A stretch of 64,000 nucleotides of DNA. Origin: an uncultured Chloroflexia bacterium. GTDB taxonomy: Bacteria; Chloroflexota; Limnocylindria; Limnocylindrales; CSP1-4. The translations under genes and the position numbers were made by a program. The DNA lies in NCBI GenBank assembly GCA_963721015.1, contig CAVRHM010000002.1:973324-1037323 (forward strand). Reading direction: 5' to 3'. Positions within the stretch are counted from its first letter, which is position 1, and each line of letters begins with the position of its first letter. The notes below the pieces were generated by a model, which was not told the origin of the DNA, did not search any database, and saw nothing but the letters and a program-made list of their open reading frames with translations. Shown here piece by piece: positions 49,567-63,190 of this stretch.

Positions 49567-50159
49567 GGCGCCGGCGCCGCAAGATCGATGTCGGTCATCG
49601 CGAAGGTGCTCGACCGTTCCAGCGCGATCGAGGTCGGCAGGCCGAGCTCGACGCCGAGGAATTCGATCCGAAGCGGTGCGAGCAGCTCGAAGTCGTACCC
49701 GAGGGTGACGGTCACCCGGCACGGCGTCACCCGAAGCGGATCGTCGCAGCCGGCGCCAGGATCGAACGGCAGGCACGACCCGCCGGTCGTCGTGGTCAGG
49801 CAGTACGCGAACGTCGGATTCGTGCAGCCCCCGTTGCTGGCGTCGTCGTCCGGGTCCGCGTAGCCGGTCAGGTCGCTGGCGGCGACGCAGGCCCGCACCT
49901 CCATCTCGGCGACGGTGCCGTCCTTCGGCGCGCCATCCTGCCAACGGCCGGCACCGAGGGTGGTCCCGAAGTCGGCGGCCTCGCGGGCGGCGGACTCCAC
50001 GCTCACGATGGTCGTGTAGATCCGCGCGAAGTCGACGATGGCGAACAACAGGATGACCATCAGCGGCACGATGAGCGCGAACTCGACGATCGATTGACCG
50101 GAGTCGCGATGCCGGGAGCGGCGGGCTGGAACAGCGGGGGTCGCGGGGTCGTTCGCCAT
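49563..50159 (-). CDS. TadE-like pseudopilin
   Basis: GQSIVEFALIVPLMVILLFAIVDFARIYTT TadE motif. Confidence 0.6.
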   Translation of the reverse strand: MANDPATPAVPARRSRHRDSGQSIVEFALIVPLMVILLFAIVDFARIYTTIVSVESAAREAADFGTTLGAGRWQDGAPKDGTVAEMEVRACVAASDLTGYADPDDDASNGGCTNPTFAYCLTTTTGGSCLPFDPGAGCDDPLRVTPCRVTVTLGYDFELLAPLRIEFLGVELGLPTSIALERSSTFAMTDIDLAAPAP

Positions 50160-50271
50160 GACTCGCTAGCTCGAAGGCCATTGGTCCCATCCGACCCCCG
50201 TACAGATGGGCTATCAGCGAGGCGCCAGCGTGCCGTGCTCGATTTCGTCCGTCTATACCTAAAACGACGTA

Positions 50272-50293
50272 TTCGGTGCCGCATGGCACCGAA
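50272..50293. repeat. perfect 9-bp inverted repeat TTCGGTGCC-GCAT-GGCACCGAA in AT-richer intergenic region between anti-sigma and tadE
   Basis: Seen in sequence. On minus strand followed by TACGTCGTTTTAGG; terminator and/or operator. Confidence 0.35.
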
Positions 50294-50349
50294 GCAAGTT
50301 CGGCTGCAAGGTGCGCGGTGCGCCTGCGCGCCCGTTTGACCGTGGCCGC

Positions 50350-51045
50350 CTACGGGTTCGGCGTGTCGTCCGGGTCGGGCGTGTCGTCCGGGCCGCCCGG
50401 GCCGCTGTTGTCGTCGGAACCCGAGCCGGAACCGGAGCCTGAGCCGCCGGAACCCGGCCCCGACGAGTCGTCCGTGCCCTCGGGCGTCTCGGACGGCTCC
50501 GGCGTCTCGCTGGGCTCGGCGGACGGACTCGGCGATGGCGAGGGCGACGGCGACGGCGACGGCGTGATGGTCGGGCTCGGCGGCGTGGACGGGCTCGGCG
50601 GCAGACTCGGGAGCGCGCTGGGCGGCGGTGAGACCGGCGGGACCTCCGGCTCCACGACCGGGTCGCGCTGGAGGAAGGCCATCGCGCCGACGGTCGCGAC
50701 CGTGCCGACGGCCCCGACCGCCACGGCCACGAGGAGGACGAAGGCCAGCGCCTGGGCCCGGACGGCGACCGGGCGGTCGCCGCTCCAGGCGATCCGCCAG
50801 GCGTTCCGGAACGCGACCAGGAACCCGAGCCGGCCACCGGCGGCGAACGGTCGGGGCGGCGGCTCGGTGGCGATGGCCGCCATCACGCGATCCTCGAAGC
50901 CGACCGTCGGGACGATCGACTCGCTGGCGGCGAACGCCTCGAGATCGCGTGCCGTGGACAGGAGGCCCGCGGCCTCGGCGTCGCTCATCGGGGCGGAATC
51001 GTCATGGAGCTCGCCGGGATCGAACCGACGCCCGAAGCCGGTCAT
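50350..51045 (-). CDS. anti-sigma factor-like single-TM protein with Pro/Ser/Gly/Asp-rich extracytoplasmic tail
   Basis: Cytoplasmic N-terminus, TM (ALAFVLLVAVAVGAVGTVATVGAMAF), then PSPSPSPSPSPS and GSGSGSGSGSDD low complexity. Start overlaps ECF sigma stop (ATGA). Confidence 0.55.
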   Translation of the reverse strand: MTGFGRRFDPGELHDDSAPMSDAEAAGLLSTARDLEAFAASESIVPTVGFEDRVMAAIATEPPPRPFAAGGRLGFLVAFRNAWRIAWSGDRPVAVRAQALAFVLLVAVAVGAVGTVATVGAMAFLQRDPVVEPEVPPVSPPPSALPSLPPSPSTPPSPTITPSPSPSPSPSPSPSAEPSETPEPSETPEGTDDSSGPGSGGSGSGSGSGSDDNSGPGGPDDTPDPDDTPNP

Positions 51046-51779
51046 CGCTCGCCTCCGTCCTGGAGCCCGGCGCGCAGGCGGGCCAGCCCGCGATGGAGGT
51101 GGGTCTTGACCGTGCCGAGCGGCCGGCCGGTCTGGCGGGCGATGTCATCGAGCGTGGCGTCGGCGAAGAAGCGCAGCGCGACGACCTCGCGATAGGGCTC
51201 GGGGAGGGCCGTCACGGCGGTCCGGATCTCCGTCGCCCGCTCGGCCCGCATCGAGAGGACGGCCGGGTCGGTCCATGGCGCGGCGTCGACGGCCGCCCGG
51301 TCCGCCGCCCGGTCCGCCGCGCTCGGCGTGCCCTCGGCCGCCCCGGGGTCGCGCCAGGCGACGGTCCGTCGACGACCGGCCATCCGTAGGGCGATCCGGA
51401 CGGCGATCCGGGTCAGCCACGCGCCGAACGGCCCATCGCCACGCCAGGTCGCGAGCGATCGGTAGGCGGTCACGAACGCCTCCTGGGCGGCGTCCTCGGC
51501 CTCACCCTGGTCGCCGAGGATCCGGTGGCAGGCCCGGACGACGGTGGCCGCCTCACGCTCGACGAGTCGACGGAACGCCTCGCGGTCGCCGGCCAGCACG
51601 GCCTCGACGATGGCGCGCTCATCCGGGGAGCCGGCCGTGCGGCCAGTCGTGCCCTGCTCGTCGTCGATCGGTCCGATCTCCCTGGCATCGGACCGCGGTG
51701 TGCCCGACGTGCCGGACCGGCCCGCCTCCATGATGCCGTGGATCGGGCCGGCCCATCCGCGGGCGGGTCGTTCCGCCAT
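51042..51779 (-). CDS. ECF (sigma-70 family) RNA polymerase sigma factor
   Basis: Region 2 AQEAFVTAYRSLATWRGDGPFGAWLTRIAVRIAL. Region 4 REVVALRFFADATLDDIARQTGRPLGTVKTHLHRGL. True start may be an internal Met. Confidence 0.75.
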   Translation of the reverse strand: MAERPARGWAGPIHGIMEAGRSGTSGTPRSDAREIGPIDDEQGTTGRTAGSPDERAIVEAVLAGDREAFRRLVEREAATVVRACHRILGDQGEAEDAAQEAFVTAYRSLATWRGDGPFGAWLTRIAVRIALRMAGRRRTVAWRDPGAAEGTPSAADRAADRAAVDAAPWTDPAVLSMRAERATEIRTAVTALPEPYREVVALRFFADATLDDIARQTGRPLGTVKTHLHRGLARLRAGLQDGGER

Positions 51780-51803
51780 GCGTGTCGCGTCGTCGTGACG
51801 GCG

Positions 51804-52327
51804 TCAGTCGTCGTCGCTGGACCCTGGACCGCTGTCGTCGTCGTGGCCACTGTCATCGTCGCCGTGCCCGGATCCCGGGCCGCTGTCGCTGCCGGAGTCG
51901 TCGTCGTCAGACCCGGGGCCCGAGCCGCTGCCGCCGTGGCCGCTGTCGTCGTCCCGTTCATCGGTCGCGTCGGGCGTCTCGTCCGGGGCCGCGGTCGCGT
52001 CGGGCGTCTCGTCCGAGTCGCGTCGCGTCGGGCGTCTCGTCCGGAGCCGCGGTCGCGCCGTCGGTCGGGTCGGCGGTCGGGCGTGTCGGTCGGGTCGGCG
52101 GTCGGCGTCCAGCTGTCGGGTCCGCGGTCGCCTCGTCGGTCGGCGCAGCTGTGGCGTCGTCGGTCGGGGCGGCCGTGCCGGTGGGCTGCCGCGGTCTCGA
52201 CCACGGTCGGCGTCGTCGAGTCCACGGTCGGCGCCAGGCCGTTCGCGGCGACCACCGCACCGCCGACCAGGAACAGGGTCACGACGCCGGTCCCCAGACC
52301 GCGCGCCAGCTTGGCATCCATCCGCAT
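51804..52327 (-). CDS. putative secreted acidic repeat protein (Asp/Ser/Gly/His-rich); frame unstable inside repeats
   Basis: Signal-like N-terminus MRMDAKLARGLGTGVVTLFLVGGAVVAANG. Downstream (APTD[DE]ATA)n and DDDSGHGGSGSG... readable only by switching frames. Imperfect ~26-nt DNA repeats 51940-52130. Confidence 0.3.
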
Positions 52328-52433
52328 GGTTGATGTCTCCGGGTCATCGCCGGGTCGTCCGGCCTCTGCCCTATCGAGACATCGAGCCCGCGGAAGGTTT
52401 CAGCGGCGCGCCGGCGCCAAGCGGGTCACCCGG

Positions 52434-54030
52434 TCAGCTCGTGCCGTCGACGCCCTCGCCGGACGACGTGTCGGCCGCGGCCGGATCGTCCGCGGTGCCG
52501 GGCAGCGACGGCTCCTCGGCCCCGGCCGTCGGCCCGGTATCCGACTCGTCGTCGGTCGGGCCGGGCGTCTCGGCCGCCTCGCCCTCGACCGGCGCGGCTC
52601 CGGCGGCGACGTGGGGGCCCTCGTCACGATCGATGACGATCGCGCCCAGACCGGCCGCCTCGAGCGCCGGGCCGAAGGCATCGACGTCGCCGACCAGCAC
52701 GATGGCCGCCTGATCGAGGTGGAGGTGGTCGCGCGCCGCCGCATGGATGGCGTCGACGGTCGACGGCCTCGATCCGGGCCCGGTAGTCGATGAGCTCGTC
52801 GAGCGGCAGGCCGTGGACGGCCAGGCCGGCCAGCGCGCCGACGACCGCCCCGGCCGTCTCGAACCGCAGCGGGAAGACGCCGACCAGGAAGTCGCGGGCC
52901 GCGGCCAGCTCCGCGTCGGTGACCGGCTCGGCGCGCATCCGCTCGAGCTCGGCCAGGGTGTCCTGCACGGCCGGGACCGTGACCTCGGTGTTGACCGCCG
53001 CGCGGGCGGTGAACGGGCCGGCCCCGCGTCGCAGGTCGAAGCCGGCGCCGGCGCCGTACGTGTAGCCCTTGGCCTCGCGGAGCTGCATGTTCAGCCGCGA
53101 GTTGAACAGGCCGCCCAGGATGGCGCTCATGACCGACACGGCGTGGAAGTCCGGGATCCGCCGGGGCAGGCCGACGTGGCCGATGCGGATCTCGGTCTGG
53201 ACACTGCCCGGTCGATGGACGACGCGGACGACGCGACCGCTGGCCGGCCGCCTCGTCGACCACGGCGCCACTCGGGGCGACCGCGCGCCGGGGCCGTCCA
53301 GCCGCCGAGCAACGCGTCGGCCATGGCGACGACGTCCTGCCCGCCGAGGTCGCCGGCGACGACGAGGGTGGCTCGTGACGGGTCCAGGGCCCGGTCGTAG
53401 GTCCGGCGCAGGACGTCCGCGGTCAGGCCGCTGACCGTCTCGCGGGTGCCGGCCGCGGGCCGGTGATACGGCGACTCCGGCGCGTAGATCGTCCCGATGT
53501 AGGTCTCGTCGGCCCGCCGGCGCGGGATCGGCCTGGGCCTGGAGCAGGTCGTTGAGGCGCTCGTCGCGCAGGCGCTCGACCTCGGATTGCCGGGAAGGTC
53601 GGGCGAAGGAGGACCTCGGCGAGCAGGTCGAGCGCTGGCTGCCAGGCGCGAGGCCGGGACGTCGACCCCGATCGCTCGAGGCGTCCCAGCCGGCCTCGGC
53701 ATGGAGCGAGGCGCCGAGCCGCTCGGCGGCCTCGGTCAGGGCGATGGCGTCGTAGCGTTCCGTGCCCTCGGTCAGGGCCCGCGCCGCGAGGACCGCGGCG
53801 CCGCCGACGGCAGCCGGCTCGTCGGCGGCGCCCGATCGGCAGGACGAGCCTGGCCGTGACGAGCGGCCGCCCGGGCAGGTCGGCGACGAGGACCGTCAGC
53901 CCGTTGCCGAGCGTCGCGCGATGGACGGCCGGGAAGTCGTACGGGCGCGGCGTCGCCGGGCGTCGGGCGGTCGGCGACGACGAGGCGTCGTCCGCGCCGG
54001 CGGACCGGTCGTCGCGGTCATGCGGCCACC
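52434..54030 (-). pseudogene. M16-family (pitrilysin-like, probably inactive partner) peptidase, multiple frameshifts
   Basis: Fragments in three frames: PYDFPAVHRATLGNGLTVLVADL ; ADETYIGTIYAPESPYHRPAAGTRETVSGLTADVLRRTYDRA ; SVMSAILGGLFNSRLNMQLREAKGYTYGAGAGF ; VLVGDVDAFGPALEAAGL. Boundaries approximate. Confidence 0.5.
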
Positions 54031-54039
54031 TCCTCGTCG

Positions 54040-55460
54040 CCGCTGTCGGCCTCGGCGGCCTCGGCGTCGACCTGCGTCGCTGTCGGCGGCCGGGGCGTCC
54101 GGCAGGTAGGTCAGGACGAGCCGGTTGTCCGGTCGGAACGTCGCCGCGGCGACCTCGAGGATGCGCCTCCGGCGTGACCGACAGGTAGCGCGGCAGCATC
54201 CGGTTGATGAGGCCCGGATCGTCGAACAGGGTCGCGTACATCGACAGCCGGTCGGCCCGCTCCTCGACCCGCTGCAGGGCGCCGAGCTCGTCGGCCTCGA
54301 TGAGCGCGAACGCGCGGGCCAGCTCGTCCGGGCTGACCGGCTCGACGGCCAGCCGCTCCAGCTCCTCGTGGAACGCCGCCTCGACCCGCTCGACCGGGAC
54401 GCCCGGGCCGGACGGTCGCCCAGCCGGCGCAGATCGACGCCCCGCCGACGAAGCCGAGCGTGAACAGGGCGACGTCCTGGGCGATCCGCTCGTCGCGGAC
54501 GAGCCGGCGATGCAGCCGGCTGCCCTTGCCGCCGGCCAGGATCTGGCCGGCGACGTCGAGGGCGTCGAGGCGCGGGTCGCCGTAGACCGGGGCGCGGAAG
54601 CCGACGTAGATCCGCGGCAGCGGGACCCGGTCGTGGACGGTCTCGCGGCGCTCGCCGCCGAGGGTCGGCGGCAGCGACAGGTCGCCCAGCGGCGGGATGT
54701 CGACGGGTTGGCCGGGATGCCGCCGAAGTAGCGCTCGGCGCTGGCCCGGACCGCGGCCGTGTCGACGTCGCCGACGACCGACAGGACCGCGTTGTTCGGC
54801 GCGTAGTACGTCCGGAAGAAGGCGCTCGACGTCCTCGAGCGAGGCCGCGTCGAGGTCCTCCATCGAGCCGATCGTCGAGTGGTGGTACGGGTGGCTCTCC
54901 GGGAACAGGTGGCCCTGGAGCTTCTCCTGCCACGAGCCGTACGGCCGGTTGTCGTACGACCAGCGCTTCTCGTTCTTGACGACCTCGCGCTGGTTGTCGA
55001 GGTTCTCCTGGCTGAGCGCGTCGAGGAGGGTCGCCATCCGGTCGGCCTCCAGCCACAGGCCGAGGTCGAGCTGGTGCGACGGCAGCGTCTCGAAGTAGTT
55101 GGTCCGGTCCAGCCAGGTCGTCCCGTTCATCGTCCCGCCGGCGGCCTGGACGAGCGCGATGTGCTCGGCCTTGGCGACGTGCCGGCTGCCCTGGAACATG
55201 ACGTGCTCGAACAGGTGGGCGAAGCCGGTCTTGCCCGGCTGCTCGTGCTTGGAGCCGACGTCGTACCAGAGGTTGATGGCCACGACCGGGGCGAGGTGGT
55301 CCTCGGCGACGATGAGCCGCAGGCCGTTGGCCAGGCGCTCGTCGCTGAACGCGACGGTGGGGACGATGGTCGGCACGCGGCCCTCCGGCGATGGTGGCGT
55401 GTCGGGCCGGATCGCGCAGACGTGCCGGGCCGATCGTAGCGCCTCGTCGCGATCCGGCAC
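54040..55460 (-). pseudogene. M16-family zinc peptidase (HxxEH), multiple frameshifts
   Basis: GFAHLFEHVMFQGS (HxxEH), NGTTWLDRTNYFE, then junk stretch, then PRIYVGFRAPVYGDPRLDALDVAGQILAGGKGSRLHRRLV, with C-terminus MYATLFDDPGLINRMLPRYLSVTPE in another frame. Boundaries approximate. Confidence 0.55.
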
Positions 55461-55486
55461 CGACCGGCGGAATGACCGCCGGGGCT

Positions 55487-55526
55487 TGACATGGCGCTCG
55501 CCTCGATGTTAGATATCCGTCTAACA
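55487..55526 (+). promoter_or_regulatory. putative promoter (TTGACA-17-TTAGAT) overlapped by 7-bp inverted-repeat operator TGTTAGATATCCGTCTAACA
   Basis: Seen in sequence immediately upstream of the ArsR-family gene. Same motif recurs at 56733-56750. Confidence 0.4.
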
Positions 55527-55557
55527 CGCGTTAGAAGCACAGGACACTCGACCGACG

Positions 55558-56737
55558 ATGGCCGCTCGACCGACCAGCCGACCCGCCACCGCGACCCCGA
55601 CCGCGACCGACAGCCGCCGGGCCCGACGGCCCCGCGCGTCCGCGACTTCTCGACCCCGGCGGCCGGGTTCACCGATCGAGTGGGACGTCCGGACGATCTA
55701 CGACTTCCTGTTCAGCCTGAACGACGACGCGGAGTTCCCGCACGACCTCCTGGACGATCGACCGCGCCTGGCTCGAGCCGGCCCGACGCGACGCTCGCCG
55801 ACGCGCATCCCGGACGAGGACGCGGTCGTTCGGCTCGGACATGGCCATCCTCGTCGCCGCCTTCGCCGTCGAGCATCCCGAGCTGACCACGGTCGACGCC
55901 TTCCTCGACGCGCTCGAGGCGACGCCGACCCAGTCGTTGCTGACGACGATGCTGTGCGACCTCGTCCGCGACCCGGAGATCGGCGACCTCGTCGACGGCG
56001 GCGTCGACCGGCGACGCGGCGGCCCTCGCCGCCCTGCGCGAGGCCATCCCCGAGCACAAGGTCGGCCTCCAGATGCTGCTCGAGGAGCCCGAGGCGGCGC
56101 ACGCGCCTGCTCTCGCGATCCTCCGGACGTGGGCGGTCAGCGTTCGCCGACGATCGAGCCGCGGATCCGTGGCCTACCTGGAGCGCGACCACGCGCTGCG
56201 CGCCGCCGACCGCGGGCGTATGCCGGCTCGGAGCTCATCGAGCGCGACGACCGGCGGCATCCGCTGGCTGCCCGGAGGTCGGCATCCGCCGGGTCATCCT
56301 CGCGCCCGACGTACTTCAGCCGGCCATACAACATCCTGCTGGCCGGCACCGGACTGGCGGTTCTTCGCCTACCCCGTCGCCGACGACGCCCTGGAGGCCG
56401 GCCGACCGGCTCGCTCCGCCCGCCAGCGGTCGTCCGCCTGCATCGCGCCCTCGGCGACGAGACGCGGCTGCGCATCCTCAAGCTGCTCGCCGGCCGGGAC
56501 CTGTACCTGACCGAGATCGCCCAGCAGCTCGAACTGTCCAAGCCGACCATCAAGCACCACCTGGCCCTGCTCCGGGCCGCCGGGCTCGTGACCGTCGTCG
56601 AGGCCGGGTCGGTCATCTACTACAGCCTGCGCCGCGACCGGATCGACGACGGCCTCCGGCGACCTCAGCCGCTTCCTCACCCCCTGATCCACGGTCGGCG
56701 GCATCGCCGTCGGCCACGTCGCTCGCCCACCGGTTAG
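55558..56737 (+). pseudogene. ArsR/SmtB-family regulator with extended N-terminal domain, several frameshifts
   Basis: HTH: RALGDETRLRILKLLAGRDLYLTEIAQQLELSKPTIKHHLALLRAAGLV. N-terminal pieces (IEWDVRTIYDFLFSLNDDAEFPHDLL ; MAILVAAFAVEHPELTTVDAFLDALEATPTQSLL ; ALAALREAIPEHKVGLQMLLEEPEAAHAPALAIL) lie in different frames. Confidence 0.5.
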
Positions 56738-56750
56738 ATAACCATCTAAC
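56733..56750 (+). promoter_or_regulatory. second copy of GTTAGATA-N4-ATCTAAC inverted-repeat operator
   Basis: Located between ArsR-family stop and the small ORF at 56795. Confidence 0.4.
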
Positions 56751-56794
56751 AGCCAGTAGCCGTCCACCTCACCACCCGGAAGGAGCCGCAACCA

Positions 56795-57045
56795 TGGACT
56801 CGATGATCGACTTCGTCCGCGACCGGACCGCGGACCTGCGGCGCGTCGCCGATGACGTCCGCCGCGAGCGTGACCTCCGCACGCCCGCGCCGAGCGTCCC
56901 GACCCGGACCGCGGCCGGTGCGAGCCCGTCGCCCGCGCCGTCGATCCCGTCGGTGGCCTCGGTGGCGGTCGCCACCAAGGTGGCCGTCGCCGCCGATCCG
57001 TGCGAGGCGCCGTGCGCCTCCACAGGAGCCCGCCAGGCCGCGTGA
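56795..57045 (+). CDS. small hypothetical protein (83 aa), Ala/Pro/Ser-rich C-terminus
   Basis: GGAAGGAG RBS 7 nt upstream of ATG. Product MDSMIDFVRDRTADLRRVADDVRRERDL... Confidence 0.35.
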
Positions 57046-57607
57046 CGTCCCGCCTCCCGCTCGTCTGCACGCCAGCTTCGGCTCGTGACCACGAGCTTCG
57101 GCTCGTGGCACGAGCCCCAGGCTCGTCGGCCGCTTCTCCCGGCGGCCGGTCAGACCGGCAGGAGGACGAAGGCCGCGGTCATGGCCGCGGCGATGGCCGA
57201 GATGTAGCCGACCATCACCAGCGCCGCCCGCCGGTCGGCGGCCCGGTCGGCGTCGTCGGTCACGGCGCTCTCCTGTCCCAGCGCGCCGAAGTTGCGCAAG
57301 CCCGGCCATGGCGAAGCCGACGCAGAACCGCCGGCGCGCCTGTTCCAAGCAGATGATCCCGCCGGCCAGCGGCACGAACACGATGACCCGCGTCCAGGCC
57401 GGTGCGCCGACCACGACGAGGATGACCGCCGAGCGCGACGGCGATCCCGATGCCCATGAGGCCGCTGCGACGGCGTCGGGCGATCTCCGCCGGGCCGATG
57501 TTGCAGGCCCCGGCGTCGTATCGACCACTGTCGGCCATCTGGAGTGCCATGAGCCCCATGGTGCCACGGACGGCATTACCCGGCGCCAGACCGTAGACTC
57601 TCGCTCG

Positions 57608-58260
57608 ATGTCCACACGAACCACCATCCGGCGTCTGGCCGCCGGCCTCCTCGTCCTGTCCGTCCTCCTGCTGACCCCGGCGCTCGCGATGGCCCACGCC
57701 GAGCTCCTGGAGACCACCCCGGCCGACGGGACGACCGTCGAGGGCAGCCCGACCGAGATCGTGGCGGTCTTCAGCGAAGACCTCCTGGCGGAGGGCTCCG
57801 GCCTGTCGTTGCGCGATGCCGCCGGGGACCGAGCTGGCCACGGGCGACGTCGACCCCGACGATCCCGAGCGGCTGGTCATCACGCGACGTCCCGGAGCTC
57901 GCCCCCGGCGAGTACGAGGCACGCTGGACCGCGGCGACCGACGACGGCCACCTGGAGCGCGGCACGTGGACGTTCACGGTCGCCGTCGCCGGCCACGCCG
58001 TCACCGACGCCGAGTCCGAGCCCCACCCCGGTCGCGACCGCTTCGGCCGCGGCGACCAGCTCGCCGACCGCCGCGCCGTCGCCGACGGTGGCGCCGTCCG
58101 CGAGCTCCGATGCCGGACCGTCCCCGTCGCCGGATCCCGACGCCGCGGGCAGCGACCAGGGCGGCGTCCTCCTGCCGATCCTCGCCGGCCTGGCCCTCGT
58201 CGCCGTGGCCGGTGGCGTCCTGCTCGGCCGGCGCGGGCGGACGCCCGCCGCGTGATCCCC
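57608..58260 (+). pseudogene. CopC-domain copper resistance protein, frameshifted
   Basis: Signal peptide then HAELLETTPADGTTVEGSPTEIVAVFSEDL (CopC His1 motif). Continuation TELATGDVDPDDPERLVIT... and later Pro/Ser/Ala tail in other frames. Confidence 0.5.
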
Positions 58261-59651
58261 GCCCGTGACCCGTCGACTCCGCGGCGTCGGCGTCGCCCCC
58301 GTCGGCCTGGCGGCGCTCGGACTGGCGGCGCCGGCCGCGGCCTTCGCCCACGCCCTCAACCCCACCTACACGAGCCGTCTGCCGCTGGCCGTCTACCTCG
58401 TCGGGGCCGCGGCGACCGTCGCGCTGTCGTTCGTCTTCGTCCTCGTCCGCGACGTCCGCGCCGAGCGCCCGGACCTGACCGACGCCGGCCATCTGCCGCC
58501 GGCCGCCATCCGGCTCGGCCTGCGCGCGGTCGGGCTCATCGGCTGGGCCTGGATCGTCGCCCAGGGCATCGTCGGCGGCGAGAGCGTCGGCGACGTGGCG
58601 ACGCTGTTCCTGTGGGTCTACGGCTGGGTCGGCATCGCCATGCTGTCGGCCTTCGTCGGGCCGGTCTGGCACTTCCTCGACCCGTTCTCGACGCTCCACG
58701 ACCTGGTGGCCTGGGTCGTCCGCCGCCTCGGGGTCCAGTCGTGGGACCTCGCCGACTACCCGGCCAGCGCTCGGGCGCTGGCCGGCGGCCATCGGGTTCC
58801 TCGTCGTCGTCTGGCTGGAGCTCGTCCTCGAGGCCGGCCCGCAAGTCCTGTTCATCGTCGTCGTCGGCTACACCGCGCTGAGCCTGGCGATGATGGCCCA
58901 GGTCGGGTCGCGACGAGTGGCGCTCGCAGGGCGACGTGTTCACGCGTCTGGTTCCGGCTGCTCGGTCGGCTGGCGCCGTATCGGCTCGTCGACGAGGACC
59001 GGGCGGGTCGCCCGCCGACCGTTCGCCAGCGGCCTGCTGGAGCCCGGCTTCACGCCGCGCCGACGTCGTCATCATCGCCCTCGGCGTCGGCTCGATCCTG
59101 TTCGACGGGCTGTCGCAGACGCAGATCTGGTTCGACCTGTTCGGCGTCCCCGCGCTGCTCACGCGACCGCCATGATGCTCGGCTTCCTGGGCATCGTCGT
59201 CGCTGGCCGCCGTGCTCGTGACCCGGACGGTCGGCATGGCCGCGACGGCCGCCGGCCTCCTGCCCATCGCCGCCGGCTACCTGTTCGCCCACTACCTGAC
59301 CTACGTGCTCATCGACGGGCAGCGCATCGTCATCGCCATCTCCGACCCGTTCCAGCGGGGCTGGGACCTGATCGGCTTCGCCTTCCACGAGCCGACCGGC
59401 GCGTGGCTGCCGCCGGGCCTCGTCTGGACGCTGCAGCTGGCTGCGGTCGTCGGCGGGCACATGCTCGGAGCGTGGGGCGGCCACGTCGTCGCCGCGCTGG
59501 AGGCGCCGGCCGGTCTGTCACGCCAGCCAGATCCGCAACCGCCAGATCCCGCTGGCCGTCGTCATGGTCGCGCTGACGACGCTGACCCTGTGGTCGCTGG
59601 GCCAGGCCATCGTGGTCGAGGAGGACGAGGGCACGGCGAGCGCGTCGGTGC

Positions 59652-63186
<3,535 letters not shown>

Positions 63187-63190
<4 letters not shown>

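Noticed and set aside
51940-52130. Imperfect ~26-nt direct repeats as a non-coding repeat array or CRISPR
   Set aside because: Repeats are imperfect, contiguous without unique spacers, and translate into an acidic low-complexity peptide on the minus strand; more consistent with a repeat-containing secreted protein (possibly with sequencing errors).
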